In this document: piece by piece, positions 15,161-29,778 of the stretch
How positions within the stretch are numbered: position 1 is the stretch's first letter
Layout of the letters: each line of letters starts with the position of its first letter
Assembly (NCBI RefSeq): GCF_009914755.1
Contig: NC_060929.1
DNA length: 64,000 nt
DNA from: the human T2T-CHM13v2.0 reference genome, Homo sapiens
Strand: one strand, 5' to 3'
Notes under the pieces: generated by a model
Databases searched by the model: none
Told to the model about the DNA's origin: nothing
What the model saw: the letters and a program-made list of their open reading frames with translations, nothing else
Position numbers and translations under genes: made by a program

Positions 15161-16491
15161 TGTATTTATCCATTTTCAAATGGCTATAAAGAATTACCTG
15201 AGACTGGGTAATTTATAGAGGAAAGAGGTTTAATTGATTCACATTTCTGCATGGCTGGGGAGGCCTCAGGAAATTTACAATCATGGCAGAAGGTGAAGAG
15301 TAAATAAGGCACGTCTTACATGGCAGAAGGAGAGAGAGAGTGGGGTAACTGCCAAACACTTAAACCATCAGATTTCATGAGAACTCACTATCATGAGAAC
15401 AACATGGGGGAAACCACCCCCATGATCCAATCATCTCCCACCAGGTCCCTCCCTTGACATATGGGGATTACAATTCGAGATGAGATTTGGGTGGGGACAC
15501 AGAGCCAACCCATATTATTACACTCCTGGCCCCTCCAAAACCTCATGTCCTCCTCACATTTCAAAACATAATCATGCCTTCCTGACAGTTCCCCAAAGCC
15601 TTAACTCATTCCAGCATTAACTCAAAAGTCCAAGTCCAAAGTCTCATCTGAGACAAGGTAAGTTCCTTCTGCCTATAAGTCTGTAAATGCTTCCTTTCCA
15701 AAAAGGAGAAATCAGCCAAAACAAAGGGGCTGCAGGCCCCATGCCAGTCCAAAATCCAGCAGGGCAAACATTTAATATTAAAGCTCCAAAATAATCTCTT
15801 TTGACTCTATGTCTCACATAGAGTCAGGCATTGGGTAAATACTCCCTTTCAAAAAAGGAGAAATCAGTCAAAACAAAGGGGCTACATGCCCCATGTGAGT
15901 CCAAAATCCAGCAGGGCAGCCATTTAATCTTAAAGCTCCATAAGAATCTCCTTTGACTCTGTGTCTCACATCCATGGCACACTGATGCAAGGGGTGGCCT
16001 CCCACAGCCTTGGGCAGCTCTGCTTCTGTGGCTCTGCAGGGTATAACACCCGTGGCTACTTTCACAGACTGGCATTGAGTGCCTCTGGCTTTTCCCAGTA
16101 CAAGGTTCAAGCTGTTGGTGGATCTACCATTCTGGGATCTGGAGGATGGTGGCCCTCTTCTCACAGCTCCACTAGGCAGTGCCCCAGTGGGGACTCTGTG
16201 TGGGAGATCCAACCCTACATTTCGCCTCTGCATTTCCCTGGTAGAGGTTCTCCATGAGAACTCTACTCCTGCAGCAGACTTCTACCTGGACATCCAGGCA
16301 TTTCCATACATCATCTGAAATTTAGGCAGAGGCTCCCAAATCTCAATTTTTGTCTTCTGCACACCTGCAAGCCCAATACCATGTGGAAGCTGCCAAGCCT
16401 TGAGGCTTGCACCCTCTGAAGCCATGGCCCAAGCTGTAGCTTGGCCCCTTTTAGCCATGGGTGGAGCTGGAGTGGCTGGTAAGCAGGGCAC
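15161..16491 (-). mobile_element. MSTA/THE1-type MaLR LTR (15161-15517) plus adjacent internal sequence
   Basis: Typical gagactgggtaatttat...gatttgggtggggacacagagcc LTR followed by MaLR internal sequence. Confidence 0.85.
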
Positions 16492-16885
16492 CAAAACCTC
16501 AAAAGTAGGGAATCTGACAGTGCAGCCTTCAGTCTGTGATCAAAGGCCCACGAGCCCCTACCAAACCACTGGTATAAGTCCAAGAGTCCAAAAGCTGTAG
16601 AACTTGGAGTCTGATGTTCAAGGGCAGGAAGCATCCAGCACAGGAGAAAGACGAAGACAGGAAGACTCAACAAGTCTGCTCAGTCCACTTTTTTCTGCCT
16701 GCTTTTTCTAGCTGTGCTGGCAGCCAATCGGATGGTGCCCACTCAGATCAAGTGTGGATCTGCCTCTCCCAGATTAACTGACTCAAATGTTAATCTTCTC
16801 CAGCAACACCCTTATAGACATACCCAGAAACAATACTTTGCATCCTTCAATCCAATCAAGTTGACACTTAATATTAACTATCACA
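16492..16885 (-). mobile_element. MLT2 (ERVL) LTR, partial
   Basis: Ends ttcaatccaatcaagttgacacttaatattaactatcaca, the reverse of the MLT2 5' terminus. Confidence 0.8.
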
Positions 16886-17507
16886 GTATAACAACCATAA
16901 TAAACCAAGTTTAAAATCTCCAGAGCTGGAAACTAGTCCACGGAAAATTATCCCAGTAATCACATGGATAAAATTCTAAGTGGATAATTTGGTTCTCATT
17001 GATGCATGGTCAGAAGTGAAGGCTTTATCCTGGTATATACTGAATAATGCATCATATTGAGGACTAAATTCTGACCTTTTTTTCTTCTCTTGTCCAAATT
17101 CTTATCTAAGGGGCCTGGGGAGTCACATCCTACAAGCCATAGACTCTTATCAGAGAAATTTTATTTAACCCATTTAATGTGGCTTACTTTCCAAACTGAC
17201 TCTGGCATAACATCATGACAGATAAGAAAAGAAATCATAATATTTTAACCACACGTATGTTTCTTGGGTGTATCTTGAAATAGACCTGCAAAGTGATCTG
17301 TTTTGGGGAAAACTCTACATTCTGTAAAAAGTCCCCTTTCCCTTTTCCAGGTCTTTTTATTGATCCAGGAGAGAATCAACCAAAGTCTGACACCATTTTA
17401 AGTCTAATAAGTAACATTTACAATCTATCTGTAGCCTGCTACCTGGAGGCTTTATCTCATAATAAGAACCTTGGCCTCTAAAATCTCTTATCTTTATTAT
17501 TATTATA

Positions 17508-17540
<33 letters not shown>

Positions 17541-18410
17541 CTTTAAGTTCTAGCATACATGTGCACAACGTGCAGGTTTTTTACATATGTATACATGTGC
17601 CATGTTGGTTTGCTGTGCCCATTAACTCATCATTTACATTAGGTATTTCTCCTAATGCTATCCCTCCCCCATCCCCCCACCCCACAACAGGCCCTGGTGT
17701 GTGATGTTCCCCACCCTGTGTCCAAGTGTTCTCATTGTTCAATTCCCACTTATGAGTGAGAACATGTGGTGTGTGGTTTTCTGTCCTTACAATAGTTTGC
17801 TCAGAATGATGATTTCCAGCTTCATCTATGACCCTGCAAAGGACATGAACTCATCCTTTTTTGTGGCTGCATAGTATTCCATGGTGTATATGTGCCATGC
17901 TTTCTTAATCCAGTCTATCATTGATGGACATTTGGGTTGGTTCCAAGTCTTTGCTGTTGTGAATAGTGCTGCAATAAACACACATGTGCACGTATCTTAA
18001 TAGCAGCATGATTTATAATACTTTGAGTATATACGCAGTAATGGGATCGCTGGGCCAAATGGTATTTCTAGTTCTAGATCCTTGAGGAATCACCACACTG
18101 TCTTCCACAATGGTTGAACTAGTTTACAGTCCCACCAACAGTGTAAAAGTGTTCCTATTTCTCCACATCCTCTACAGCACCTGTTGTTTCCTGACTTTTT
18201 AATGATTGCCATTCTAACTGGTGTCAGATGGTATCTCATTGCGGTTTTGATTTTCATTTCTCTGATGACCAGGGATGATGAGCATTTTTTCATGTATCTG
18301 TTGGCTGCATAAATGTCTTCTTTTGAAAAGTGTTGGTGCATATCCTTTGCCCCCTTTTTCATAGGGTTGTTTGATTTTTTCTTGTAAATTCGTTTCAGTT
18401 CTTTGTAGAT

Positions 18411-19961
18411 TCAGGATATGAGCCCTTTGTCAGATGGGTAGATTGCAAAAATTTTCTCCCATTTTGTAGGTTGCCTGTTCACTCTGATGGTAGTTTCTTT
18501 TGCTGTGCAGAAGCTCTTTAGTTTAATTAGATCCCAGTTGTCTATTTGGGCTTCAGTTGCCGTTGCTTTTGGTGTTTTAGTCATGAAGTCCTTGCACATG
18601 CCTATGTCCTGAATGGTATTGCCTAGGTGTACTTCTAGGGTTTTTATGGTTTTAGGTCTAATATTTAAGTCTTTAATCCATCTTGAATTAATTTTTGTGT
18701 AAGGTGTAAAGAAGGGATCCAATTTCAGCTTTCTACGTATGGCCAGCCAGTTTTCCCAGCACCATTTATTAAATAGGGCATCCTTTCCCCATTTCTTGTT
18801 TTTGTCAGGTTTGTCAAAGATCAGATGATTGTAGATGTGTGGTGTAATTTCTGAGGCCTCTGTTCTGTTCCATTGGTCTATATCTCTGTTTTGGTACCAG
18901 TACCATGCTGTTTTGGTTACTGTAGCCTTGTAGTATAGTTTGAAGTCAGGTAGCATGATGCCTCCAGCTTTGTTCCTTTTGCTTAGGATTGTCTTGGCTA
19001 TGTGGGCTCTTTTTTGGTTCCATATGAACTTTAAAGTAGTTTTTTCCAATTCTGTGAAGAAAGTCATTGGTAGCTTGATGGGGACGGCATTGAATCTATA
19101 AGTTACTTGGGACAGTATGGTCATTTTCACAATATTGATTCTTCCTATCCATGAGCATAGAATGTTCTTCCATTTGTTTGTGTCCTCTTTTATTTCCTTG
19201 AGCAGTGGTTTGTAGTTCTCTTTGAAGAGGTCCTTCACATCCCTTGTAAGTTGGATTCCTAGGTATTTTATTCTCTTTGTAGCAATTGAGAATGGGAGCT
19301 CACTCATGATTTTGCTCTCTGTTTGTCTGTTATTGGTGTATAGGAATGCTTGCAATTTTTGCACATTGATTTTGTATCTGGAGATTTTGCTGAAGTTGCT
19401 TATCAGCTTAAGGAGTTTTTGGGCTGAGACAATGGGGTTTTCTATATATACAATCATGTCACCTGCAAACAGGGACAATTTGACTTCCTCTTTTCCTAAT
19501 TGAATACACTTTATTTCTTTCTCTTGCCTGATTGCCCTGGCCAGAATTTCCAATACTATGTTGAATAGGAGTGGTGAGAGAGGGCATCCCTGTCTTGTGC
19601 CAGTTTTCAAAGGGAATGCTTCCTGTTTTTGCCCATTCAGTATGATACTGGCTATGGGTTTGTCATAAATAGCTCTTATTATTTTGAGATACGTTCCATC
19701 AATATCTAGTTTATTGAGAATTTTTAGCATGAAGTGTTGTTGAATTTTGTTGAAGGCCTTTTCTGCATCTATTGAGATAATCATGTGGTTTTTGTCTTTG
19801 GTTCTGTTTATGTGATGGATTGTGTTTATTGATTTGCATATGTTGAAACAGCCTTGCATCCCAGTAATGAAGCCAACTTGATCTTGGTGGATAAGTTTTT
19901 TGGTGTGCTGCTGGATTTGGTTTGCCAGTATTTTATTGAGGATTTTCACAATGATGTTCAT
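18411..19961 (-). pseudogene. L1 ORF2p fragment (RT domain and C-terminal part), 516 codons
   Basis: [13 protein letters not shown] and IKYLG motifs; catalytic FADD reads FAGD. Confidence 0.92.
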
Positions 19962-19992
19962 CAGGGATATTGGTCTAAAATTCTCTTTTTCA

Positions 19993-20295
<303 letters not shown>

Positions 20296-23259
20296 TCATT
20301 TATTTGCATAGCAAAGTTTATAGTATTCTCTGATGGTAGTTTGTATTTCTGTGGGATCGGTGGTGATATCCCCTTTATCATTTTTTATTGCGTCTATTTG
20401 ATTCTTCTCTCTTTTCTTCTTCATTAGTCTTGATAGTGGTCTATCAATTTTGTTGATCTTTTCAAGAAATCAGCTCCTGGATTCATTGATTTTTTGAAGG
20501 GTATTTTGTGTGTGTGTCTGTCTATCTCCTTCAGTTCTGCTCTGATCTTAGTTATTTCTTGCCTTCTGCTAGCTTCTGAATGTGTTTGCTCTTGCTTCTG
20601 TAGTTCTTTTAATTGTGATGTTAGGGTGTCAATTTTTGATCTTTCCTGCTTTCTCTTGTGGGCATTTAGTGCTATAAATTTCCCTGTACACACTGCTTTA
20701 AATGTGTCCCAGAGATTCTGGTATGTTGTGTCTTTGTTCTCATTGGTTTCAAAGAACATCTTTATTTCTGCCTTAATTTCGTTATGTACCCAGCAGTCAT
20801 TCAGGAGCAGGTTGTTCAGTTTCCATGTAGTTGTGCGGTTTTGAGTGGGTTTCTTAATCCTGAGTTCTAATTTGATTGCACTGTGGTCTGGGAGACAGTT
20901 TATTGTGTTACATTTGCTGAGGAGTGCTTTACTTCCAACTATGTGGTCAATTTTGGAATAAGTGCGATGTGGTGTTGAGAAGAATGTATGTTCTGTTGAT
21001 TTGGGGTGGAGAATTCCGTAGATGTCTATTAGTTCTACTTAGTGCAGAGTTGAATTCAAGTCCTGGATATCCTTGTTAACCTTCTGTCTTGTTGATCTTT
21101 TTAATATTGAAAGTGGGGTATTAAAGTCTCCCATTATTATTGTGTGGAAGTCTAAGTCTCTTTGTAGATCTCTAAGGACTTGCTTTATGAATCTGGGTGC
21201 CCCTATATTGGGTGCATATATATTTAGGATGGTTAGCTCTTCTTGTTGAATTGATCCCTTTGCCATTGTGTAATGGCGTTCTTTGTCTCTTTTGATCTTT
21301 GTTGATTTAAAGTCCATTTTATTAGATGCTAGGATTGCAACCTCTGCTTTTTTTTTTTTTTTTTTTTTTTTGCTTTCCATTTGCTGGTAGATCTTCCTCC
21401 ATCCCTTTATTTTGAGCTTGTGTGTGTCTCTTCATGTGAGATGGGTCTCCTGAATACAGCACCCTGATGGGTCTTGACTCTTTATCCAATTTGCCACACT
21501 GTGTTTTTTAATTGGGGCATTTAGCCCATTTACATTTAAGGTTAATATTGTTGTGTGTGAATTTGATCCTGTCATTATGATGTTAGCTGGTTATTTTGCT
21601 CATTAGTTGATGCAGTTTCTTCCTAGCATCAATGGTCTTTACAATTTGGCATGTTTTTGCAGTGGCTGGTACTGGTTGTTCCTTTCCATGTTTAGTGCTT
21701 CCTTCAGGAGCTCTTGTAAGGCAGGCCTGGTGGTGACAAAATCTCTCAGCATTTGCTTGTCTGTAAAGGATTTTATTTCTCCTTCACTTATGAAGTTTAG
21801 TTTGGCTGGATATGAAATTCTGGGTTGCAAATTCTTCTCTGTAAGAATGTTGAATATTGGCCATCATTCTCTTCTGGCTTGTAGAGTTTCTGCCAAGAGA
21901 TCCACTGTTAGTTTGATGGGATTCCCTTTGTGGGTAACCTGACCTTTCTCTCTGGCTGCTCTTAGCATTTTTTCCCTCATTTTAACCTTGGTGAATCTGA
22001 TGATTATGTGTCTTTGGGTTGCTTTTTTCGAGGAGTATCTTTGTGGTGTTCTCTGTATTTCCTGAATTTGAATGTTGGCCTGTCTTGCTAGGTTGGGGAA
22101 GTTCTCCTGGCTGATATCCTGAAGAGTCTTTTCCAGTTTTGTCCTTTCTCCCTGTCACTTTCAGGTACACCAATCAAACGTAGATTTGGTCTTTTCACAT
22201 AGTCCCATATTTCTTGGAGGCTTTGTTCATTTCTTTTTACTCTTTTTTCTCTACACCTCTCTTCTCACTTCATTTCATTCATTTGATCTTCTGTCACCGA
22301 TACCCTTTCTTCCACTTGATCAAATCAGCTACTGAAGCTTGCTCATGCGTCATGTAGTTCTCGTGCCACGGTTTTCAGCTCCATCAGGTCATTTAAGGTC
22401 TTCTCTACATTGTTTATCCTAGATCACCATTCATCTAATCTTTTTTCAAGGTTTAGCTTCCTTGCAATGGGTTCGAACATCCTTCCTTAGCTCGGAGATG
22501 TTTGTTATTACCAACCTTCTGAAGCCTGCTTCTGTCAACTCATCAAAGTCATTCTCCGTCCAGCTTTGTTCCATTGCTGGCAAAGAGCTGCCATCCTTTG
22601 GAGGAGAAGAGGTGCTCTGGTTTTTAGAATTTTCAGCTTTCCTGCTCTGGTTTCTCCCCATCTTTGTGGTTTTATCTATCTTCAGTCTTTGATCATGGTG
22701 ACCTACAGATGGGGTTTTGGTGTGGATGTCCTTTTTGTTGATGTTGATGTTATCCCTTCCTATTTGTTAGTTTTCCTTCTAACAGTCAGGCTCCTCAGCT
22801 GCAGGTCTGTTGGAGTTTCCTGGAAGTCCACTCCAGACCCTGTTTGCCTGGGTATCACCAGCAGAGGCTGCAGAGCAGCAAATATTGCAGAACAGCAACT
22901 ATTGCTGCCTGATCCTTCTTCTGGAAGCTTCATCTCAGAGGGGCACGTGGCTGTATGGGGTGTCTGTCAGCCCCTACTGGGAGGTGTCTCCCAGTTAGGC
23001 TACGTGGGGGTCAGGGACCCACTTCAGGAGGCAGTCTGTCTGTTCTCAGAGCTCAAACACCATGCTGGGAGAACCACTGCTCTCTTCAGAGCTATGAGAC
23101 AGGGATGTTTAAGTCTGCAGAAGTTTCTGCTGCCTTTTATTTAGCTATACCCTGCCCCAGTTGTGGAGTCTACAGAGGCAGTGGGCCTTGTTGAGCTGCA
23201 GTGAGCTCCACCCAGTTCGAGCTTCCTGGCCCCTTTGTTTACCTACTCAAGCCTCAGCA

Positions 23260-23427
23260 ATGGTGGACGCCCCTCCCCCTGCCAGGCTGCTGCCTAGCAG
23301 TTGGATCTCAGACTGCTACACAAGCAGTGAGCAAGGCTCCGTGGGCATGGGACTCGCTGAGCCAGGCGCAGGATATAATCTCCTGGTGTACCGTTTGCTA
23401 AGACTGTTGGAAAAGCACAGTATTTAG
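23260..23427 (+). CDS. ORF0: L1 ORF0 homologue, 55 aa, truncated
   Basis: MVDAPPPARLLPSSWISDC...NLLVYRLLRLLEKHSI aligns by eye with L1Hs ORF0 (MAGAPPPASLPPCSLISDCC...). ATG in gcaATGg context. Expression not shown. Confidence 0.5.
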   Translation: MVDAPPPARLLPSSWISDCYTSSEQGSVGMGLAEPGAGYNLLVYRLLRLLEKHSI

Positions 23428-24041
23428 GTGGCAGTGTCCCAATTTTCCCAGTACAGTCTGTCACAGCTTCCCTTGGCTAGGAAAGGAAAATCCCCGGACC
23501 CCTTGTGTGTCCCAGGTAAGGTGATGCCCCACCCTGCTTCAGCTCACCCTCTGTGGGCTGCACCCACTGTCCAACCAGTCCCAGTGAGATGAACCAGGTA
23601 CCTCAGTTGGAAATGCAGAAATCACCCATCTTCTGTGTTGATCATGCTGGGAGTTGCAGACCAAAGCTATTCCTATTCAGCCATCTTGGAACAGATCCCC
23701 TACAATCTCTTATCTTAACCCAGACTTTTCCTTTCTATTGATTCCAGATCTTTAGATAAACTCTTTCAACCAACTGCCATCCAGAAAATCTTTGAATCTG
23801 ATTATAATAACCTGGAAGCCCCACCACTTCCAGTTGTCCTGCCTTTATGGACCAAACCAATATACATCTTACATGTATTAATTGATATCATATGTCCTCC
23901 TATAATGGATAAAACCTAGTTGTGGCCTAACCATGGGCACATGTTCTCAGGGTCTCCTGAGGGCAGTGTTATGGGCTGTGGTCCCTCATATATGGCTCAG
24001 AATAAATCTCTTCAAATATTAATATTTTACAGAGTTTGACT

Positions 24042-24336
24042 TTTTTTTTTTTTTTGAGATGGAGTCTTGCTCTGTCACCCAGGCTGGAGTGCAGTGGCAC
24101 AATCTCAACTCACTGTAACCTCTGCCTCCTGAGTTTAAATGATTCTCTTGTCTCAGCCTCCCAAGTAACTTGGATTACAGATGCCAACCACCATGCCTAG
24201 CTAATTTTTGTATTTTTCATAGAGTCAGGGTTTCACCATGTTGGCCAGTCTGGTCTCCAACTCCTGACCTCAAGTAATCCACCTGCCTCAGCCTCCCAAA
24301 GTGCTGGGATTACAGGTGTGAGCCATCGTGCCCAAC
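24042..24336 (-). mobile_element. AluS/J
   Basis: Antisense Alu with TSD agtttgact. Confidence 0.92.
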
Positions 24337-24371
24337 CTATAGTTTGACTCTTTTCATTGATAATATACAGA

Positions 24372-24838
24372 TGTAAATGCTTTTGAATTATGTTTCCCAA
24401 AAGGATAGGTTGAAGTCTTAACCTCCAGTACCCATGCATGTGACCCTATTTGGAAACTGGGTCTCTGGAGATATAATTAAGATGTAAACAATGATGAGGT
24501 CATACTGGAGGAGGACAGGCCCTGATCCAGTGACTGGTGGCCTTATAAGTAGTGGGAAATTTGGCCACAGACAGACATGAAGAACCCTATGTGATGATAG
24601 AGGCCAAGATAGAAGGGATGCAGCTGCAAGCCAAGGAATACCAAGAAGGAATGGCAAGACCAGAATCCAGAAAGAGGTGAGGAAGGATTCTACCCATACC
24701 TAGGGTGTCAGAGGGAGCATGACCCTGCCAACTCCTTTATTTTGGACTTCTAACCCCCAGATGTGTGAAAGAATAAATTTTTGTAGTTTCAAGTCCCTCA
24801 ATTTGTGATGCTTTATTACAGCCCTAGGAAACTGATAA
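24372..24838 (+). mobile_element. MLT1 (MaLR) LTR, MLT1B/C-like
   Basis: gtgaccctatttggaaa...agaataaattt...gccctaggaaactgata. Confidence 0.8.
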
Positions 24839-25167
24839 AACACCTTACTTTCCCTTCAATTTTTGATAGAAATCACATGAAATAGAATTTATCCAAATTC
24901 CTATTTTTTAGGGTTCAAACCTATAGCAGCAAGTACCATAATGAGTAAATGTATGGAATTACATATTGCATGCATCCCAACTACAAATCATAATATGCAC
25001 ATTTAAATCAATCATGTTGAGTAAATATTGAATTTCTATTGTTTCTATAGAAAATGAAATTACAAAATTATTATTGGATGAAGAGGCAAAGCATGTGCAG
25101 CCAAAAATTATAAGAAAAAGTATTCAGAAATTATAAGAAAAAGTATTTCAGAAAAAATAAAAATGTT

Positions 25168-25488
<321 letters not shown>

Positions 25489-25509
25489 TCATTTTCCTGA
25501 CATTGGTGA

Positions 25510-25903
25510 TGTTAGTGGTTTTAAAAGATAAACTTAGGCATGTTAAAATTCTAAACAGTTTATTTGAGCAGGCAGCGATTCATGAATCAGGCAGCACAAG
25601 ACCAGGAGGGGTTCAGGACTCCACCAAGGGAACTCAAGGGGAAACTTTCAAAAACTGTTCTCAGTAGCAAGACAAAAAACATATGTTTGATTGGCTAAAG
25701 TGCAGAGTCCCTAGTTAGAGGTTAGTTGTCAGTTTCTGATTGATGAGTTCTCTAATTAGTGGTTAGTTGACTGTTTCTAATTGGTGAAGTTTAAGTTTCA
25801 TTTTACTGTTTAAATCGGTTGGGTTTCAGTTTATTTACATAGGAACTCAAGGCCCTGGAAGCCATCTCAGCCAAATGGACTCTCAATTCATATTTTTTTA
25901 ACA
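25510..25903 (-). mobile_element. ERV1 solo LTR, MER67-like
   Basis: Reverse complement is homologous to 29779-30130 (ccatt.ggctgagat.gct, aaataaact, tgcctaagtttatctttt). Confidence 0.6.
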
Positions 25904-25917
25904 GTGATATTTATTAG

Positions 25918-26700
25918 TGTAGTGTGTTGAATGGTGACCTCCCAAAAGATGTATCCAAGTCCTTATCCTCGGAAATGGTGAATGTTATTTCATTTGGCAA
26001 AAGGGACTTTGTGGTGTACTTAAGTTAAGGATCTTGAGATGAGATCATCCTGGATCATCCAGGAGGGCACTAAATCCAATGATAACTGTCCTTATAAGTG
26101 ACACACAGGGAGATAGATGGACCAGGAGGAGGTAATTTGACCATACAGGCAGAGATTGGAGTAATGCAGCCACAAGCCAAGGCACGCCAAGGCATGCTGC
26201 GGAAGCCCCTAGAAGCTGGAAGAAGCAAAGATGGGTTGTCTCCTACAGCCTTTGCAGGGAGTGCAGCCCTGCCAACAACAACTTGATCTTGGCTGGGCAC
26301 GGTGGCTGAAGCCTGTCATCCCAGCACTTTGGGAGGCAGAGGTGGGCGGATCACCTGAGGTCAGGAGTTCAAGACCAGAGTGGCCAACATGGTGAAACCC
26401 GGTCTCTACAAAAATACAAACAAAAAATTAGCTGGGCACGATGGTGGGTGCCTGTATTCCCAGCTACTCCAGAGACTGAGGCAGGAGAATCACTCGAACT
26501 CGGGAGGCGGAGGTTGTAGTAAGCCGAGATCCTGCCACTGCAATCCAGCCTGGATGACAGAGGAAGACTCCATCTGAAAAAGAAAAAAAAAAAACTTGAT
26601 CTCATACTTCTGGCCTCCAGAACTGTAAAGAATAAATTTCTGGTGTTTAAGCCACCAAGTTTGTCGTAGTTTGTTACAGTAGCCACAGGAAACTAATACA
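25918..26700 (+). mobile_element. MLT1D-like LTR containing an AluS (26291-26594, TSD aacttgatct)
   Basis: MLT1 motifs ggatcttgagat...ctagaagctgga...ggaaactaataca. Confidence 0.85.
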
Positions 26701-27290
26701 GTCAGATTAAATTTTTATCATGTTGTTGTGATTTCTGCTCTTATTCTGAATAATCACTTCCATGCCTAATTGTGTATCCATAGCCATATATTATTTTTCT
26801 TAAAGAGGGCCCTCCAAGTTTCGCAAGCTTCAGACGCCATAAAACCTGGAATTGTGTGTTCTTAATATTTCAGGTATGAATTTAGTCTTAGAATGCTAAA
26901 GTGAAAGTCAGCATCATGTTACCTTATTTGTTTAAAGGTAGTGGAAAAGCAACCACAGTCCTATTTTAGGAATCCTTTCCCCTTCCTAGAGTCAAATAAG
27001 AATCCAAAGCGCTTACAGTTAGAAAACAGAAACTCTAGACATGTTTCCTTCCTGGTCACTACTGGGGTGCTCCTGGTTATGGTCTCCATTTAAAATCAGA
27101 AAAGTCAGGTGACTTCATTTTCACTTCATTTTCAGCCAAGCAAATAAGTAGGAATGTTTTGCCTCAGTCTCCAAGGCCACTGCTCTTAGCTTTCTTCTGC
27201 TGCTTCCACACTTGACTCCATCAGAAATCCCATCACTTGTCTTAGCAGGCTGTGTGGTAGCAGGGCACAGGCCGCCACCAGTTTTAGAAA

Positions 27291-28060
<770 letters not shown>

Positions 28061-29007
28061 GGCCTCAAAAGCCAAGTGCCCTCTGAAGTGCCTGGGAGAC
28101 CTGTCTCTTCTCCCCTGGGCCCAGCCACCTGCTTCTCCCTCTACTTCTAGCACCAGCCCCCTCCCACTCAGTGGGCCACTCGCCTCCAACAGAAGCCTTG
28201 GTGGGAGCTGTTCTCATGCCCCAAAATCTCCATCTTCAGTTATAAAACACAAGGAACTCTGGGAGTCCTCAATCCCAAAGAGAAAGGCTGGACTACTCTC
28301 TTAGGATGGGGTGAGAAAAAACACCTCTTAGTCTTTCTCATCTCTTACAAAGCAAGCAAAAACCCAAAGCAAAACATGCACACAAAAATCAAAATCTCAA
28401 TCACTTCGCTTGCCATGTTATTATTACTCTTTTAGTTGATAACGCTGAGCTTCTTGGGGTTAAATAGCTATCTGATAAGAACTAAGCTGCTTAAGCCTTT
28501 CCCTGGGTGACTAGAGCTCTGTATCTGAGAGCAGGGACCTGGGCAAGTCCCTTGGGAACCTTAATGAGGGCTCCAGCCGTGTTGCCATCTAACCTTTAAC
28601 CTTTAAGAGGAGAAGCCTACACCCCCTTCCTTTTCCAGACAAATCTTCCCTTCCCGAATGGCGGAAAACATTGCAGCTGCTACCTCTCCCAGACTCTTCC
28701 CACTATCCAGGGCTAAGTCTGAAAGGACGCAGGGAAGGAAATGACATTTGCCAGCCACATCGGCTGTCTTGGGACACGTCGTCTTCCACTGGCTCTTGCC
28801 TGGGTGTTTTGAGGAAAAATGTTCATCAAAGGAAAAATACACACACGTGCATGACTGGAGGAGTAGTGAATGGCAAGCTGTCTGCCTCGCTACAATATCC
28901 CTCCTTTCCCGAGGAGACAGAGGCAGCACCTGAGGAAAGCCAGTTTCAAGAAGCTTGCGGAAGTCACAGTTAATTCCTTTTGCTCATTTTAAAAAATGGT
29001 CTCTTGC

Positions 29008-29308
29008 GGCCGGGCGTGGTGGCTCACGCCCGTAATCCCAGCACTTTGGGAGGCCGAGGAGGGCGGATCATGAGGTCAGGAGATCGAGACTATCCTGGCT
29101 AACACGGTGAAACCCCGTCTCTACTAAAAATACAAAAAACTAGCCTGGCGTGGTGGCGGGCGCCTGTAGTTCCAGTTACTGGCCAGGCTGAGGCAGGAGA
29201 ATGGCGTGAACTCTGGAGGCGGAGCTTGCAGTGAGCCCAGATCCTGCCACTACACTCCAGCCTGGGTGACAGAGCGAGACTCCGTCTCAAACAAACAAAC
29301 AAGCAAAC
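29008..29308 (+). mobile_element. AluY
   Basis: CpG-rich; perfect 16-bp TSD aaaaatggtctcttgc. Confidence 0.95.
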
Positions 29309-29375
29309 AAAAATGGTCTCTTGCTAATTCTATTGGCATTTCTGTTATTTCACATAGGTGAAAAAACAAAAAGCT

Positions 29376-29536
29376 GGCTGGATGTGGTGGCTCATGCCTG
29401 TAATCCCAGCACTCTGGGAGGTGGAGGCAGGAGGATCCCTTGAGCCCAGGAGGTCAAGGCTGCAGTAAGCGGTGATAGCACCAGGGCACTCCAGCCTGGG
29501 TGACAAAGCAAAACCCTGTCTCAAAAAAAAAAAAAA
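29376..29536 (+). mobile_element. Monomeric Alu (FRAM/FAM-like)
   Basis: Single arm with poly(A). Confidence 0.8.
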
Positions 29537-29778
29537 ATTCCTTTCAAAATATCTCTCTTAGTCCCTTCCACCTCTTCACAGCCATTTCTGCAGCTTTACT
29601 TTAGACCTCTAGGGCCTCAGTCCACGTGTCCACTACTAATTCTAAATAAATTCCACATCTCCTCTCTCCCTGCTGCAATCCACATTCCAGGTGATCCCAG
29701 AAGGCTTTATTCCTACACCTCCACTTTCAAAAAGGCTGTCACTGCTCAGGTGGAGGACAAAGGGCTTACGACTAGGCC

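Noticed and set aside
15824-16914. Cluster of overlapping ORFs on both strands
   Set aside because: GC-richer MaLR internal and MLT2 sequence; no intact domain.
17471-17704. Poly-Tyr ORF
   Set aside because: The L1 tail has become (TAA)n and is read antisense.
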